Of a stretch of 64,000 bases of DNA, positions 1-13,688 are shown in pieces. Where the stretch lies: contig NC_043001.1 of NCBI RefSeq assembly GCF_006345805.1, forward strand, positions 71,052,001-71,116,000. Reading direction: 5' to 3'. The notes below the pieces were generated by a model. The model saw nothing but the letters and a program-made list of their open reading frames with translations. It made no database searches and was not told the DNA's origin. This stretch comes from Octopus sinensis. Lineage: Eukaryota. The position numbers were made by a program, and so were the translations under genes. Positions within the stretch are counted from its first letter, which is position 1. Every line of letters starts with the position of its first letter.

Positions 1-54
1 TTTGTTGTCTACACCACTTGTCTTCGTCTTTGTGTTTTTTTGTGAATTCTGCCT

Positions 55-165
<111 letters not shown>

Positions 166-229
166 TATTTATATATTATTTTATTTTCATGCATACACAT
201 TGTTGTTTCTGATTTTGTCGAATACACAG

Positions 230-950
230 TATAGTAGGGTCATTTGGGCACCATCTGTGAGGAAGCACACCATGACACAATTCACTCTTCCAGAAATTTG
301 GAGACGACATGCGGTACTGCTTGGCTTTCAGGCCAGAAGCCCCCATACGAGCAAATGATGAACACACAGAACAACCATTGGCTTGCCGTGTCCCCAAAAC
401 ATGTACCGATAGTGATAAAAATCAAACACCCAGTCAACATCATGGTGTTTGAAGTGATCACTTCTGATAACGAAGTTATGACTCCATTCCTCTTTCAACA
501 CGGCCTCAGGAGATAGTAATGCCCAAGGTCAAGAGGGTGGATGCTGGAAGACTGTGTCTGAAAACAGGACTCTGCACAATGCTACACAAGCATAACAACC
601 CAGTCATGGCTATCAAACAATTTCTGCGACTACATCACCTATAAAATCTGGCGACCTAAGTCCCCAACCTGCAACCTCTTGATTATTAGTGGTGGGTCAC
701 AGTTGAGTGAGAGACCAACAAGGTCTCTTGTAACACCAAAGATGAACTGAAGGCAAGGATTATGGCAGCATTCACCAACTTAAACAAGGAGACTGCTCAA
801 GAGAGTTGCAGGCGATTTCCAAGGGTGTGGTTGAAGCCAATAGGGATTTTATTGAATGTAGTCTTCAGTATTTCAAGATACTTTTATATAATTTTGGTAA
901 ATATATCTGTTAAAATGAAATGTCAGTGGAATTTTCATTTTTGCGCAATG
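230..950 (+). mobile_element. Degenerate Tc1/mariner-superfamily transposase fragment, DD37D (maT-like)
   Basis: Reads ..NTQNNHWLAVSPKHVPIVIKIKHPVNIMVFEVITSD.., then QDSAQCYTS..WRPKSPTCN(P)LDY with 37 residues between the two Asp after correcting one frameshift, then ELKARIMAAFTNLNKET..CRRF. Contains stops and frameshifts; boundaries approximate. Confidence 0.85.
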
Positions 951-1144
951 TAGATAACAATATATTCATATATTCATATGTGTGCGTGTGTGTGTGTGTG
1001 TGTGCCCGTGTGTGTGTGTGTGCCCGTGTGTGTGTGTGTGTGTGTGTGCGTGTGTGTGAAAGATGCTTCAAATAATCCATGTTCGTGCAATGTATACGAC
1101 AATATATTCACCGCATCTTATATAAATATATATATATATATGAA

Positions 1145-1490
1145 AAATGCATTAAATACTACAAAACGTACACATAAGACAGACACAAGGACACTAATTC
1201 TTCATCAGTTATCGACCAAATATACAAATACCCAGTTTCGTACCTTTAACGATAAGACTGGGAACTTCGTATATCGTTGGCACCCGCAAGATTTGCGTAG
1301 AATTTGAGCTCGAACAAACAAAGCACATTAAATACTACAATACCTGCACGTAGGACAGACACAGGGACCCCCAATGCTTCATCAGTGATCGACCAAAAAT
1401 GCTAATACCTAGTTTCATGCCTTTAACGATAAGATCGGAACTACATATATAAGCGACACCCGCAAGATCTGCGTAAAATAAAATCTCAGG
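1145..1490. repeat. Two diverged tandem copies of a ~177-bp unit
   Basis: cattaaatactacaa..gacagacaca..cttcatcagt..cgaccaaa..agtttc..cctttaacgataaga..cacccgcaagat occurs twice (tcatcag at 1202 and 1379). Confidence 0.9.
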
Positions 1491-3296
1491 CAACAAAACA
1501 ACACAAGGTGAACGTACGAAAGTAAGGAAATGTAACTTGAAACGATATATATATATATGCGTATGTGTATAACTATGTATTACCTATATGTGTGTGAGTG
1601 CGTGTATATGTGTATGTTTGTATGTAAATATATGCATATACACCAATATATAGTTATATCGCAGTTCATATACCTACTAAATTATTATTTGACTTAAATA
1701 TCATGTTTTGTAGCTGTTTGAGCACATAAAAAGTATTGCATATGTTTAAACTTGTTGAATATATTAAAGGTGAAAATACCATACAAAAGTCACATAAAAT
1801 CTTGTTTTAATATTTTCCATACTTATAAACGTATAATATATCAATATAAAAATTTGACATGAGAGAAGGAAATGTATGACAAGACGATTTTAGTGTCAAA
1901 ATGATTGACGACACACATGCATGCATACTCACAGGCACACCACAAACACACACACACATGCATGTGAATACACACGTATATATAATATATATATATATAT
2001 ATATAAGTAAGCATACGCATTTCTATATGTGCATATATATACACAACCATATATCCATACGTGTACATATCCCATATATATATACATACATACATACATA
2101 TATATATATATTATATATATATATATATAATATATATATATATATGACTGATGTGCATGCAATTTTATGTATATGAACTAATTATATTTCATATAGAATA
2201 CAGTGTTTTATAGCTGTGAGATTACGTAAAAAATAATCACATATCGTGAAATGTATTAAGCAGCTGAAAGGAATAATACCTACATATATGTTTTCATAAC
2301 TCATCTTTTCTTATGCATCATGCTTAAGTAGTTAAAATATCTTTATATAAAAGCTTATACATGAAAATGCTCATATATTTGACAGTTGATTTTACATAGA
2401 ATTGAGATTCACCAATAACTAAATTGTTTGTCAAAATAGGTTATAGTTCATCAAATTGAATGTTATCTAAAGAGATTACGAAGAGATAGATTACATAGTG
2501 GCTTAGGCCAAAAACATTGCCAGCCATAATGGATGGAATGGCGAAAAGGTTAGAGCATTCTGCACATGTCTTGAAATATTTGACCCTGCTCTTTGGGTTA
2601 TAAGTTCAAATCTAACCTTGGTTTACTTGCGTGGTAGAATTTTGCTGCCATTGTTAGGTGCGCTTGGCAAAGTTAATTTTGTAACAAGTAGTCAGACCAG
2701 GTGTACAATTTGAAATACACCTCCCTTCCCAATTTCCCTGTAACGGGTCATATGCAACTGCCTTCCTTCCTGACGAAAAGACCACAAAGGTGGGTCATAT
2801 TTTTGGCTAGTAATAATTTCGAAATTATTTCCATTATATATTTTGGTGAGTCATGCAATAGGTATGAAAACAGGAATAAACTTATTATATAAACTCTTAT
2901 ATAAAATCCTTTAGATATGGTTCCACTTACATAGTAACAATATCTTTACACACATTTGAACAGTAATAAAGTATTTCGCAGCTATTGTTTTATTATAGGG
3001 ATATAAATACTGAAAAACTAAAATGCAAACAGATGATAATATAGCTCTATAACATAAGATACAAACACTTTAAATGTAAAGACAAGTACAAATGAAGAAC
3101 TTAATTCTTATGGGATATTTATGATTAAATACTGGATAGAAAGACAGTTACCTAGTAATAAAATTAATGAATTCTAAATATTTCGAAGTTGTATACACTC
3201 GGTGTCTAGAAGACAGCAGCGGTCCAATTTATGATTTGCAGAAAATATGACTTCATGAGTTTTGGAGCTACGATTCTGCAATCATTATCTATTGCA

Positions 3297-3541
3297 ATGG
3301 TTTCAAACTTTGGTATAAAACCAGCAAGTTCGGGTAAGTGAATTACATCGACCCCGACACTCAACGAATGAATTTAACAATATAGATTACATCATGCCAG
3401 TGCTCAACTGGTACTTCTTTTATCGACCCTAAAAGGATAAAAGGCAAAGTTGACCTCGGTGGTATTTGAACTGAGAAAGTAAAGGCGGACAAAATAGCGC
3501 TAAGCATTTTGCTCAGGTGCTAACGACTCTACCAGCTCGCC
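3297..3541 (-). mobile_element. tRNA-derived SINE, family A (Nin/Deu-like central motif)
   Basis: Reverse complement reads GGCGAGCTGGTAGAGTCGTTAGC..GTTCAAAT..GAGGTCAACTTTGCCTTTTATCCTTTTAGGGTCGATAAA..GTACCAG; homologous to 23563-23792. Confidence 0.85.
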
Positions 3542-4271
3542 AGCTTCATAATTTGTTATAGTGATATGATTTATAGCTTCAAAGAATTTTGCTAGATATA
3601 TAATATTTTAGAAGATATAATTGACAAACATGTGTCGCAATGATGTAATGGTTTCTTATTTTGGCTATTAAAACAGTATTTGGGGACTTTTGAAAGATAT
3701 GACAGATAATCCTATACATGAAACAGAAGGGTCACTAATTTTACTAAATTCATTCACTCTTTTGCTTTCTTTTTAATCAAGTAATGTCGTCTAAAGAGAA
3801 GTTTCCAGGTAACGGAGATTGTCTCAAAATCAGATTGGTTGATGAGTGATAGCTTTTGAAAAATTAATAGCCTTATAAAAAATAGTTGTTAGTTTTGGGC
3901 GGATTAGAATTATATGTAGCATAATAGGTGATAAAGATACTATTATGTAACATTTATAGATAATGTACTGCATTTGAATCAATTATATACGTATGTCTAC
4001 GTTTGCTAAAACATTTCCTCTTTTACGTCTACTTCATTGTCATTCGTATTTACAAAAAATAAAAGATATGTTTTGTAGCAATTTATAGCAATGAAACTAA
4101 ACAGTGTTAACACACCAGTAACATTTCTGTATGTGTGTATGTATGCAATTACAAATACACACACACAACACACACATACACACATGCACATATATGTATA
4201 TATATGTATATATATATATGTAGAGAGAGAGAAAAAGAGAAAGAGAGGGATTTGTAATTGTGTTCTATATA

Positions 4272-4324
<53 letters not shown>

Positions 4325-4584
4325 TAGCAATAACACCTGTCGTTGATCGGATAATTACTTTTACTATATCTCGAGAGCCACATTCAAACTGTTAATAAAT
4401 ATAGAAAAATTTATTCCTCCTGTATGTGCGTGTTTTTATAAGAAGAAAAAACATGTAATAATTGAAGTAGAAAAAAGATTAATTTCATACACGAACTTCT
4501 GTTTGTTTATTATATGACAATAACAAGTGACTTTTAAGTGTTATTTTATATATCAATACAGTAATGCCAATTATATAACATACC

Positions 4585-4700
4585 AGGTTTTGGTCAGCAC
4601 AGAGCTGTAATGAAAGAGAATTGCCCAACATGTCGCATAGTGGGACTGAACCCAAGGCAACATGGTTGGAAAGCAAGTCTCTCAATCATATAGCTACACC
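4585..4700 (-). mobile_element. SINE family B fragment (tRNA head plus CORE-like motif)
   Basis: ttgcccaacatgtcgcatagtgggactgaaccc..catggttggaaagcaag matches the family B copies at 11590-11762 and 44326. Confidence 0.75.
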
Positions 4701-4849
4701 TATAAAGTGGAGATACATTTTGGATAATATACTCCTTGATACAATATGCTTAACAAACAGATGGATTATTTACGGCGAGATGGCAACGCAACAACTAACA
4801 ACGCTACACCAAACAAGATGTTCCAGAATTAACTATCTTTTTCAATGAA

Positions 4850-5286
4850 ATTGACCGAATTTTGAAAAAAACTGACAGAATTTTATGTTTATTATCAAAA
4901 TATATAGATTTGTAAATCTTACGTCAAACTTTTATTGAACATTTTCAACATGTCTGTATCGCTGTATACTTCAAATCTCTCCTTAGTGTTGCCAAACACA
5001 TTTTGAAGCATTTCAGGATTTAGCTCCTTTAAGATCAGCTAAACGATTGCTCCATCTTTGGGATGGAGGTAAAGAAAATGGTTGCTGCCAAGTTGCTGCC
5101 AAGTTGAAAAGAAGCTGTCATGGACAAATAAGAGGGGTCCAACAGGAATGAAAATAAAATTATAAACAAATTCAAATTTTATACACTTTTAGCACATAAT
5201 AAACATGATGAACATAAAGAAAAGTGAGTTTTTAAAAAATGCATTCGATTTCACTCAAAGCATCATTAATTCTGGGACACCCTGTA
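4850..5286 (-). mobile_element. Tc1/mariner terminal fragment
   Basis: Ends in ctgggacaccctg|ta, i.e. a TA-CAGGGTGTCCCAG-type terminal inverted repeat; internal part too decayed to translate. Confidence 0.5.
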
Positions 5287-6573
5287 TTTATTCGTCCGAC
5301 TGAACGGGGAGGGGGACACAGGGAGGGGGATTAATTGCAGGTGGTGAGCGTAACTTCCGGAAGAGGTCATGCAGTCAAACTTAAATGGATGTGAGTCATA
5401 ACAGCAGTTTATGTTTTTGTTTTGTTTTTGTTTTTTTTTGTATGAGGATTTTGCGTTATGTAGTTCAGACATGGATGACATAGAAAGCAGACATATTGCT
5501 GGGCCATGCTGCGTTGCACAGGATTGGAAACGTGAAATATTAACAGGAAACTTCTGGAGAATGGATGAATGGGTTTGTTGCGCCTTTACCCACCCACACA
5601 CACGCACATGACCTGGTGGTGCACGGAATGATAACAAGACGCATCAACAGGGCGCCGATAAAAAATTGTAATGTTCTTCTCAACTCTTCTACTAAATTGG
5701 AAGAATAGATTTTCATGAAATATTACATGCTACTTATAATGAAGAAGTAGTGTCAATATTTTATCGTCGGAAAATGGCCTAAAACAACGATAAAACCCAG
5801 TGCAGTATACTAAAATTTGATTAATCTTCATTTTGGAGCCCATGGTCGGTGTCGCAAATTTAATTTAGTCACCAGCAATTCGAGGAGTCTGGTTAACGCT
5901 TGTTGCACATTTGGAGGAAAGCGAATGGATATTCTTCAAGTTATGGGCCTTAATGCTACGAAAATGCTTAAAAATTGGTTTATCTGTCCCTGGGACTGCA
6001 TTACGCAAGACGTTGAAAATTGTTTGGGCCTATGATCCTCCATGAACCCTATGTAATGCATGTGTAAAATTAGATTAAAACTAGTTGGGTTTTAACGACA
6101 GGACAAACACACAGACAGGCACACATCCTGTGTTTTTTTATATTTTTGTGTGGGTGTTCTGGATAAAACAAGTATTGTAATATCAATTAACGCTGTATAT
6201 CATTGTTCACACACAAGCAAGTATTCGCAATTACACCAAAACCACATTAATACATACATATACACATACTCTCATATACTCACAAACAGACGCACACACA
6301 TGCACATGCATACACATGTACATATATGTTAGTGTGTATGTGGGTTTACATAGAAATATGTGGTGTAGTTGTTAGCTATTTGTCTACCGATAACATTGTG
6401 TTCAGCTTTTAGACCAGGTAGCGCGTTAAGTAAGCCAATTCATTTCACATTGTTTCTGCCTATTGTTTCTGATTGTGTGTATGTATATATATGTATGAGT
6501 ATATATTTTCATATATTGGTATATACATCTTTGTCGACAAATTGTCGGATACATATGAGCATATTAGTGTGTG

Positions 6574-6613
<40 letters not shown>

Positions 6614-7332
6614 GCTTAGAAGCCGATGCTAAGGCTGTCGATCACCGCGTCGTGAAGTGGAGGGTAAATAATATGTCTATGTATGTTAGTGACATAATTA
6701 CATTGCTCAAGTTTGCATTACCCACTTACTCGTAACAGCCGACAATCTGTTCATATATGCATGTATATTATTGTGCTTTTCTGTAAATAAACTTGTGCGT
6801 GCAGGAGAAAAAAACATTACATCGTATAATGTTTATATATTTCTCTGAAATTATTAGAGGTGAAAATTATATCAATTATTTTTTTTTTAGTCAGGCGTCT
6901 GTATCTCATTTACAGTATAAAGTCTTGCTTGGTGGAGCTTTGAAAATAAGCATGATAATATACCATTACATATGAAATAATATAATGTTTACGAAGAAAT
7001 GAACATATACTCACAAAGGAACCACACGAGAACGGCTGAATATTATCAACAAATAAGTGTAAATAATCGGAAAGAAATACTGCAAATATTTTGAATGTAT
7101 CTACAAAAAGTTTTAACGTATTCGATGTATAAATTGTAATAGCCTTAAACTGTCTTGTGAATGGCGTTAACATTTTATCTCTATAGATGTGTATGTGTGC
7201 GCGTGCGTGGATGTGCGTTGTGTGTATGTATTTATATGTATGAGTATATATTTTCATATATTGGTTTATACATCTTTGTCGACAAATCGCCGGATACATA
7301 TGCGCATATTAGTGTGTGAGTGTATACACACA

Positions 7333-7397
<65 letters not shown>

Positions 7398-7594
7398 TAG
7401 AAGAAATGAGGTACTCAGAAATTCGGATGGTTTTATATTTACAGATATTTATTTGTATATTACATGTTTTTATACATCATATAACTTATATCATATATCA
7501 TATATCATATATTAGCGCTTTCGTCCATTCTGGTGGATTTTTCAAATGGAACTAAGTTCCTGTGGGGAATGGGGAGAAAGTGAGAGAGAGAGAG

Positions 7595-7632
<38 letters not shown>

Positions 7633-8280
7633 TATGTGTGTGTGTATGCGTGCGTGTGTGCGCGTGTGTGTGTGCTTTTGTGTCTGAAAGTATTGTTAGA
7701 GAAAAAGAAGGAAAGGAAGAAAAGGGAGAGAGGGAAGAAGAAAAAATTGTTTTGTAGTTGGTCAGGACGTTTACTCCAAGGGGGGTCTAAGATTTTGGGG
7801 AAAAGGTTTGACCATTTTATAGTGTTATTGAGTGTGTAGTGGTGGGGAGGGATATAAGATAGTACAAGAGGGTGATGAATGGGGAGAAAGTGAGAGAGAG
7901 CATGTGTGCGTGTCTGTGTGTGTGTGTGTGTTTGTATCTGAAAATGGTGTTAGAGAAAAAGAAGGGAAGGAAGAAAAGAGAGAGAAAGAAGGCCATGAAT
8001 TATATTTCCATTTCATCATTGTTTGTGAGAGAGTGAGCGTGTGTGTGTGTGTGTTTATCTGCGCGCGTGTGTGGTGCGTGTGTTTGTGTCTTTGTATCTG
8101 ACAGATACAAAGGAGGACAGGTCAAGTTGTTAAGAGTAATCAGTGCCACTTTTGTTTTTATTTTTTTGCAACTGTAAATGGTTTTTGGTCCTTAGAAATT
8201 GGCCATTTCAAAAAAGAATTGTCTGGATTTCTTTTTATTATTGTTTTGTGAGGGTGTGTGCGCGCGCGCGCGTGTGTGTG

Positions 8281-8318
<38 letters not shown>

Positions 8319-8329
8319 TGTATGTGGGG

Positions 8330-9320
8330 TGTGCCTGTGAGTCTGGCAGGGGTGTCATCGGAGAAGGGAAGAAAGAAGAAAAAGAGGAAGAAGAAACAAT
8401 TGTGTTGGTATTTATACCACCACTCAGTTCCTTCAATCCAATGTTTGATTACAAAAACAGATTTGTTTTATTCACACTTTAAAAGTCAATTTGCTTTGGT
8501 GACCAACAAGAATGTAGAACAATGTATAGTGTACTAAATGCTACACTATGTTTGTTAAATTATAATTTGAAAGATTTGTCCTTCAATAAATGATGAGCAA
8601 AATTTCATAAGGTCCATACTTGAAAAAGAGAATTAAGTTTTATCATACAGAAGCAACTGTAATTAAAGTAAAATGGTTTCATTCAAATATTAGAGTATCA
8701 TTTGTTCAATGTTGCATTTTCAAAAACCAAAACATATGTGTAGAACTGTGTGGGGGTGCTTATGAATCTGGAAGGGGTGTCGTTGGAGAAGGGAAGTAAG
8801 AAGAAAAAGAGGAAGAAGAAATAATTGTGTTGATATTTATATCACTATTCAGTTCTTTCAATCTAATGTTTGATTCCTGTGCTTACATGGGATGGAAAAT
8901 CTGAATTACAAACATAGGTTTGTTTTATTCACATTTTAAAAGTCAATTTGCTTTGGTGATCAACAAGAATGAAGAGTAATATACAGTGTACTAAATGCTA
9001 CACTATGTTTATTAAATTATAAATTGAAAGATTTGTCCCTCACTGTATGATGAGCAAAATTTCATAAGGTCCATACTTGAAAAAGAGACGTTCTTGCGTT
9101 GAAGTTACAGATGACAGAATACAAACCGACAACCACTGAGTCTGTTGTCTGATCTTCAATTTATTTATATCTCACCGATTGACAGCTAAATAAATATTAA
9201 GTTTTATCATACAGAAGCAACTGGTTCCACAAATTAAAGTAAAATGGTTTCATTCAAATATTAGAATATCATCTGTTCAATGTTGTATTTTAAAGAACCA
9301 AAACATATGTGTAGAACTGT
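8330..9320. repeat. Local tandem duplication of a ~420-bp unit; second copy has a ~107-bp insertion
   Basis: ggggtgtc..ggagaagggaag..aaaagtcaatttgctttggtga..ctaaatgctacactatgttt..aaaacatatgtgtagaactgtgtg occurs at 8330-8750 and 8750-9320. Confidence 0.92.
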
Positions 9321-9342
9321 GTGTGTGTGTGTGTGTGTGTGT

Positions 9343-9387
<45 letters not shown>

Positions 9388-9439
9388 TGTGTGTGTTTTT
9401 TTGTGTGTGTGTGTTTAATACAATTTACTTTACAAATTT

Positions 9440-9725
9440 GGTCCTTCATCTGGTACAGCTTATTATAGATATTTTCATCCATTCAATTTGGGGGAGAACT
9501 TAGTTATGAAACATTTTTCCATATTCCTCCTGAAGGAGGTGTCATTCTCTGGACATTTATAGAAGGGAAAGATCTTAAATTTTCCTTCTCCACATGTATC
9601 TAGGTGTTTACTCAGTAGTATCTTGCGCAGTTCCTCCTGTCGGACATGTTGTCGGTGGCTTGTTGGCATAAAGAATTTCCAGTTTCACCTATGTAATCCT
9701 CTTTGCATGTGGGGCAGGTTATGCA
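9440..9725 (-). mobile_element. Penelope-like element (Neptune-type) GIY-YIG endonuclease fragment
   Basis: Minus strand reads [19 protein letters not shown], then HRQHVRQEELRKILLSKHLDTCGEGKFKIFPFYKC..EKCFITKFSPKLN; paralogous to 38695-39025. Confidence 0.85.
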
Positions 9726-9750
9726 TATATATATATACATACATACATAC

Positions 9751-9891
<141 letters not shown>

Positions 9892-9894
9892 ACG

Positions 9895-10235
9895 TTATAT
9901 AATTAGTGTTCAGTAAAATAATTTACTTTACCACACACCGAACTTTTAGAAATAGCAGCCAAAAACTTTAGCTATTTCCTCTACTATAAGAAAAATCTCC
10001 TAGACAATGTATACTCAAAAATAATTCACGCAGGTATAGAGGGAAAAATAACGAAAGATCACACGTACATCGATTACTTGAGAACGCCGTTTCTGGATTA
10101 GTTGGATATAGAGATCAACATTTCCGTCATCAGCCCAAGATTTCTTTAGGTTTGAATTTGAGAGCACTAGAAATCAAACATGCCCGTCTGATATGAGTAA
10201 TCCCAGACAAACCATCTTCGACCGCTAGTATATAT
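9895..10235 (-). repeat. Dispersed repeat homologous to the 63029-64000 tandem unit
   Basis: Shared blocks in the same order: accaca(c/t)accgaa, ttagaaatagcag, tagctattt, acgcagg, aatttga.agcact. Confidence 0.8.
10077..10139 (-). ncRNA. Type I hammerhead ribozyme motif, cleavage triplet GUU (probably inactive)
   Basis: CTTGGG-CTGATGA-cGGA..GTTG..CAAC..TCCa-GAAA-CGGCGTT-CTCAAG; 6-bp stem I with one G-U pair. Confidence 0.75.
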
Positions 10236-11387
10236 ATATATAAGAGGGATGACCACTAAGTGGACATCCATTATGCTACAGGTAGACAATTCATCACTGT
10301 GTTCGTCATAGTAAAATATAATTTGCACAACTATACACGTTCCAGTATTTGCTGAATTTTCTTGCGGACAATCTTTTTGGTCAGACCACTTGGTGGTCAT
10401 CCCCCTTATATGTATGTTATATAATTTTTCTGAATTTTCAGATTTTTAAATTCGCTAGACCACTGGTTTTTAATTGATATTAATCAAATTAATATTCAAT
10501 ATTTCACCCTTTTATATAGATATGTATACGTGTAATGTATTGTGCTTTTTTGTATGTAAAATTGTGTGTACAGGAACAAAAACATTACATCGTGTAATGT
10601 ATAAATGTATATATTCATTATATATACACTTATGCAGAAGCATTCATGCGTACATGTTCGTATATACACATGCACATGTATAAGTACGCGCATATTCATA
10701 TATCCTGCTATGTTCGTTAGTTTCATAAGACAGTCAGTAGATTGTTACAATACAATGATTTGTCAAATAGATTTAAAAATATGCGAATACATAGATACAC
10801 ACATGCACGCACATACAAACACAAACAAACAAAACACACATACACACACATATATATGTGTGTATATATATGTATGGATGGATATGTGTATATATATGTA
10901 GTATATATATTTATATATATATATATATATATAATGTATAAACAATTCACGTATTTATACAGGAAGCAGGTGACCTTTGACAGGACATCTTACATGCTAG
11001 AAAAGAAATTTAAAGCCCAAACCACGAATAAGAGCGATTTCAAATGCAATGAAAATAACTTTGTAGTTACGCTCACACTTGAGTTTCAATGGGCAAAATA
11101 AATTAATTTGCTATCCCTACTTCTTCTGTGAGGGCGCTAAAATTAATGCATATTTATGCAGCAAACAGCGCCGAAAATACACGTGCTACATAGTTATACA
11201 TTTTAATTTTCAAATCCACCGAGCAAGCGCAGTTACATTCGGCAACAAATAATCATGAAAAAAATTAAAACTGCATACCAGAAAGGCTTTGAAACTATGA
11301 AAATTGTGAAAATAATACGGGTAGAAAATTTTGAAAAATTGTCATTCTGTGACTGAGGTTAACAACAAAAATATCAAGGAATATCTA

Positions 11388-11762
11388 CTACTTTTACTTG
11401 TTTCAGTCATTTGACTGTGGTTATGTTGAAGCACCGCCTATAGTCGAGCAAATCGACTCCAGCGCTTATTCTTTGTCAGCCTAGTACTTAATCTATCGAT
11501 CACTAAGTTACGGGGACATAAATACACCAGCATCGGTTGTCAAGCGATGTTGGGGAAAAACATATACACATTCATACATGTATATATAGATACATACCAC
11601 GGGCTGCTTTCAGTTTCCGTCTACCAAATCCACTCATAAAGTTTTGGTCGGCCCGAGGCCATAGTAGAAGACACTTGCCCAATGTACCACGTAGTGGGAC
11701 TGGACCCGAAACCATGTGGTTCGTAAACAAGCTACTTACCACACAGCCACTCCTACGCCTAT
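11388..11762 (-). mobile_element. SINE family B, near full length
   Basis: Reverse complement GGCGTAGGAGTGGCTGTGTGGTAAG..GGTCCAGTCCCACTACGTGGTACATTGGGCAAGTGTCTTCTACTAT..GGATTTGGTAGACGGAAACTGAAAG, tail ..CAGTCAAATGACTGAAACAAGTAAAAG. Confidence 0.9.
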
Positions 11763-11895
11763 GGAACATTCCCTTTAAATTTTTTTTCCAGTGTAAACCT
11801 AAGAAGCTGGATATTATTGTTTGACATAGTCAAGAAAACGTATGCAACATCAAAGCGGTCAGATGCGCTTCTGGTGTTAAAAATTCTTTAACAAT

Positions 11896-11945
11896 GAATG
11901 TGATAACTACGGAATGTGATAGCTACGGAATGTGATAACTACGGA
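11896..11945. repeat. 16-bp minisatellite, 3 copies
   Basis: gaatgtgata(a/g)ctacg repeated three times. Confidence 0.9.
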
Positions 11946-12499
11946 AAACTGCTTCTCAGTCTACAGCTTTTATATGCATATTGTAAACTCTCATTTATAA
12001 TCAATAATAATTAGTGTACATGGGTTTCTGAGTAAATGTGTAAGTGCCAATCAACCAGCTTATCCACTCATCTTAAATACAATCTCTAAAACTTCTGTAG
12101 TTTGAAATGTGAATTTGTTTTCGTTATCTACATTCTGACGATAAAAATTCGCTTATTTGCTGAAAGCAAACCCTTCCGAAGAAGGGACTGCTTATATACA
12201 CAGGAAATTGGAAATTTTTGGTATTGTTTATTCACCAATACACGTGTTTCATTTGCTTATAACAGTTACAAAGTTTTACGTGTTGGATAAACATGTAACA
12301 GATACATAAAAAAATTCTTCACACAGGGAAAGGAATTATACAAGATTTAGATTTGGATGGAGCTTTTGTATATAGTTAATAAACAGGATTAGTACTGGTA
12401 GTTAGACGAAAGGAGGAAGAGCAAATTAAAAACCAAAGAAAAACGTAGCAGAGTTATACAAACACACACACACTCATACACACACAAGCATACACACAT

Positions 12500-12530
<31 letters not shown>

Positions 12531-12568
12531 CTTACTAACACATACATATAAATGCACACATACACATG

Positions 12569-12601
<33 letters not shown>

Positions 12602-13029
12602 GGGGGGAGAGAGACAGAGAGAGGCAAACAGACAGAGTGAGACATTGAGAGAGAGACTTACGGTTGTCTTCACATGCTCGCATAATCTACACACACATAC
12701 ATATACAGACACACGACCACACTGACTTAAGCATATCTTCAAATAATCATATAATGGACATGTATCATATGCATGTTCAGATTCAAATGGATACTAACAG
12801 ATCTATAGATGTAAATCTTTAATTACGCACATACCTGCATATATATATATATATACACACACACAAATGTATATATTTCATCTTCGAAATTATTCTTAAC
12901 TGTTGTTTGGACTTTCACTGTTCCTTTTAGCATGTAAGGTGTCATGTTAGGGTCACCTCTTATGTGTATGCTAGTCTGTGTGCAGAGATGTGGTGTGGTT
13001 TGGTGTTGTCTGGTGGTTTGGGGTGAGGT

Positions 13030-13087
<58 letters not shown>

Positions 13088-13139
13088 CTGTTCCGCGTTG
13101 GTAAGTTCAAGGAAAAGTACTCCATCTGGTGAGAGATAA

Positions 13140-13688
13140 ATATTATTTGATAAGCTTAATGCATGTTTTTTATGTGCTACAAATAGTTTCTTCTGCTGAG
13201 AACATACCAAATAAGGAATCAACATGTGTAACATCTCCGCACAGTCATCACATAATATTAAGAACTAAAAATTGAATGAGAGAAGAAACCTGAAATGACG
13301 AGAAGGGCGCATATTGAAAAAGATCGGCTTTGATTTTCTTCTTATTTCAAGCAGAAGCTATGCGATTAACTAGGTTTAACATTCTACAAATGAGTTTATC
13401 ATGGAAATTAGATTTATGGTCTTTTAAAGTGATAAAATCTTTTCTTTTACCTAAATAGTCTAATCTATCATCGATATTACTATGTTTAGCGAGGAATTTA
13501 GCCTCATCATTAATCATTGAGTCTACCAACGTTGGCTTTCTTATCTATAGTGAAAATTTAACAACTTATTATATAGATCATTAGTAACCTCATGTTAGGT
13601 ATTAGTCTTATCAGAAAATACGAACTTCTTTTAGGAACTTCTAAAGTTTTTGATATAAGATATCATTTCAGATTAGATTTCATTTTAA
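13140..13688 (-). mobile_element. Internally deleted inverted arm of a Penelope-like element (Naiad-type)
   Basis: Minus strand reads FVFSDKTN..EVTNDLYNKLL..INDEAKFLAKHSNIDDRLDYL..FITLKDHKSNFHDKLICRMLN, then jumps to a copy of the terminal repeat found at 15600-15710. Confidence 0.85.

Larger units (their letters stand above)
4323..6143 (-). mobile_element. Probable non-autonomous Helitron carrying nested insertions
   Basis: Minus-strand 3' end is a degenerate hairpin followed by CTAG|T at 4323, similar to the end at 60124. Putative 5' end near 6140 reads TATAAAAAAACACAGGATGTGTGCCTGTCTGTGTG. That both ends belong to one element is inferred. Confidence 0.45.
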
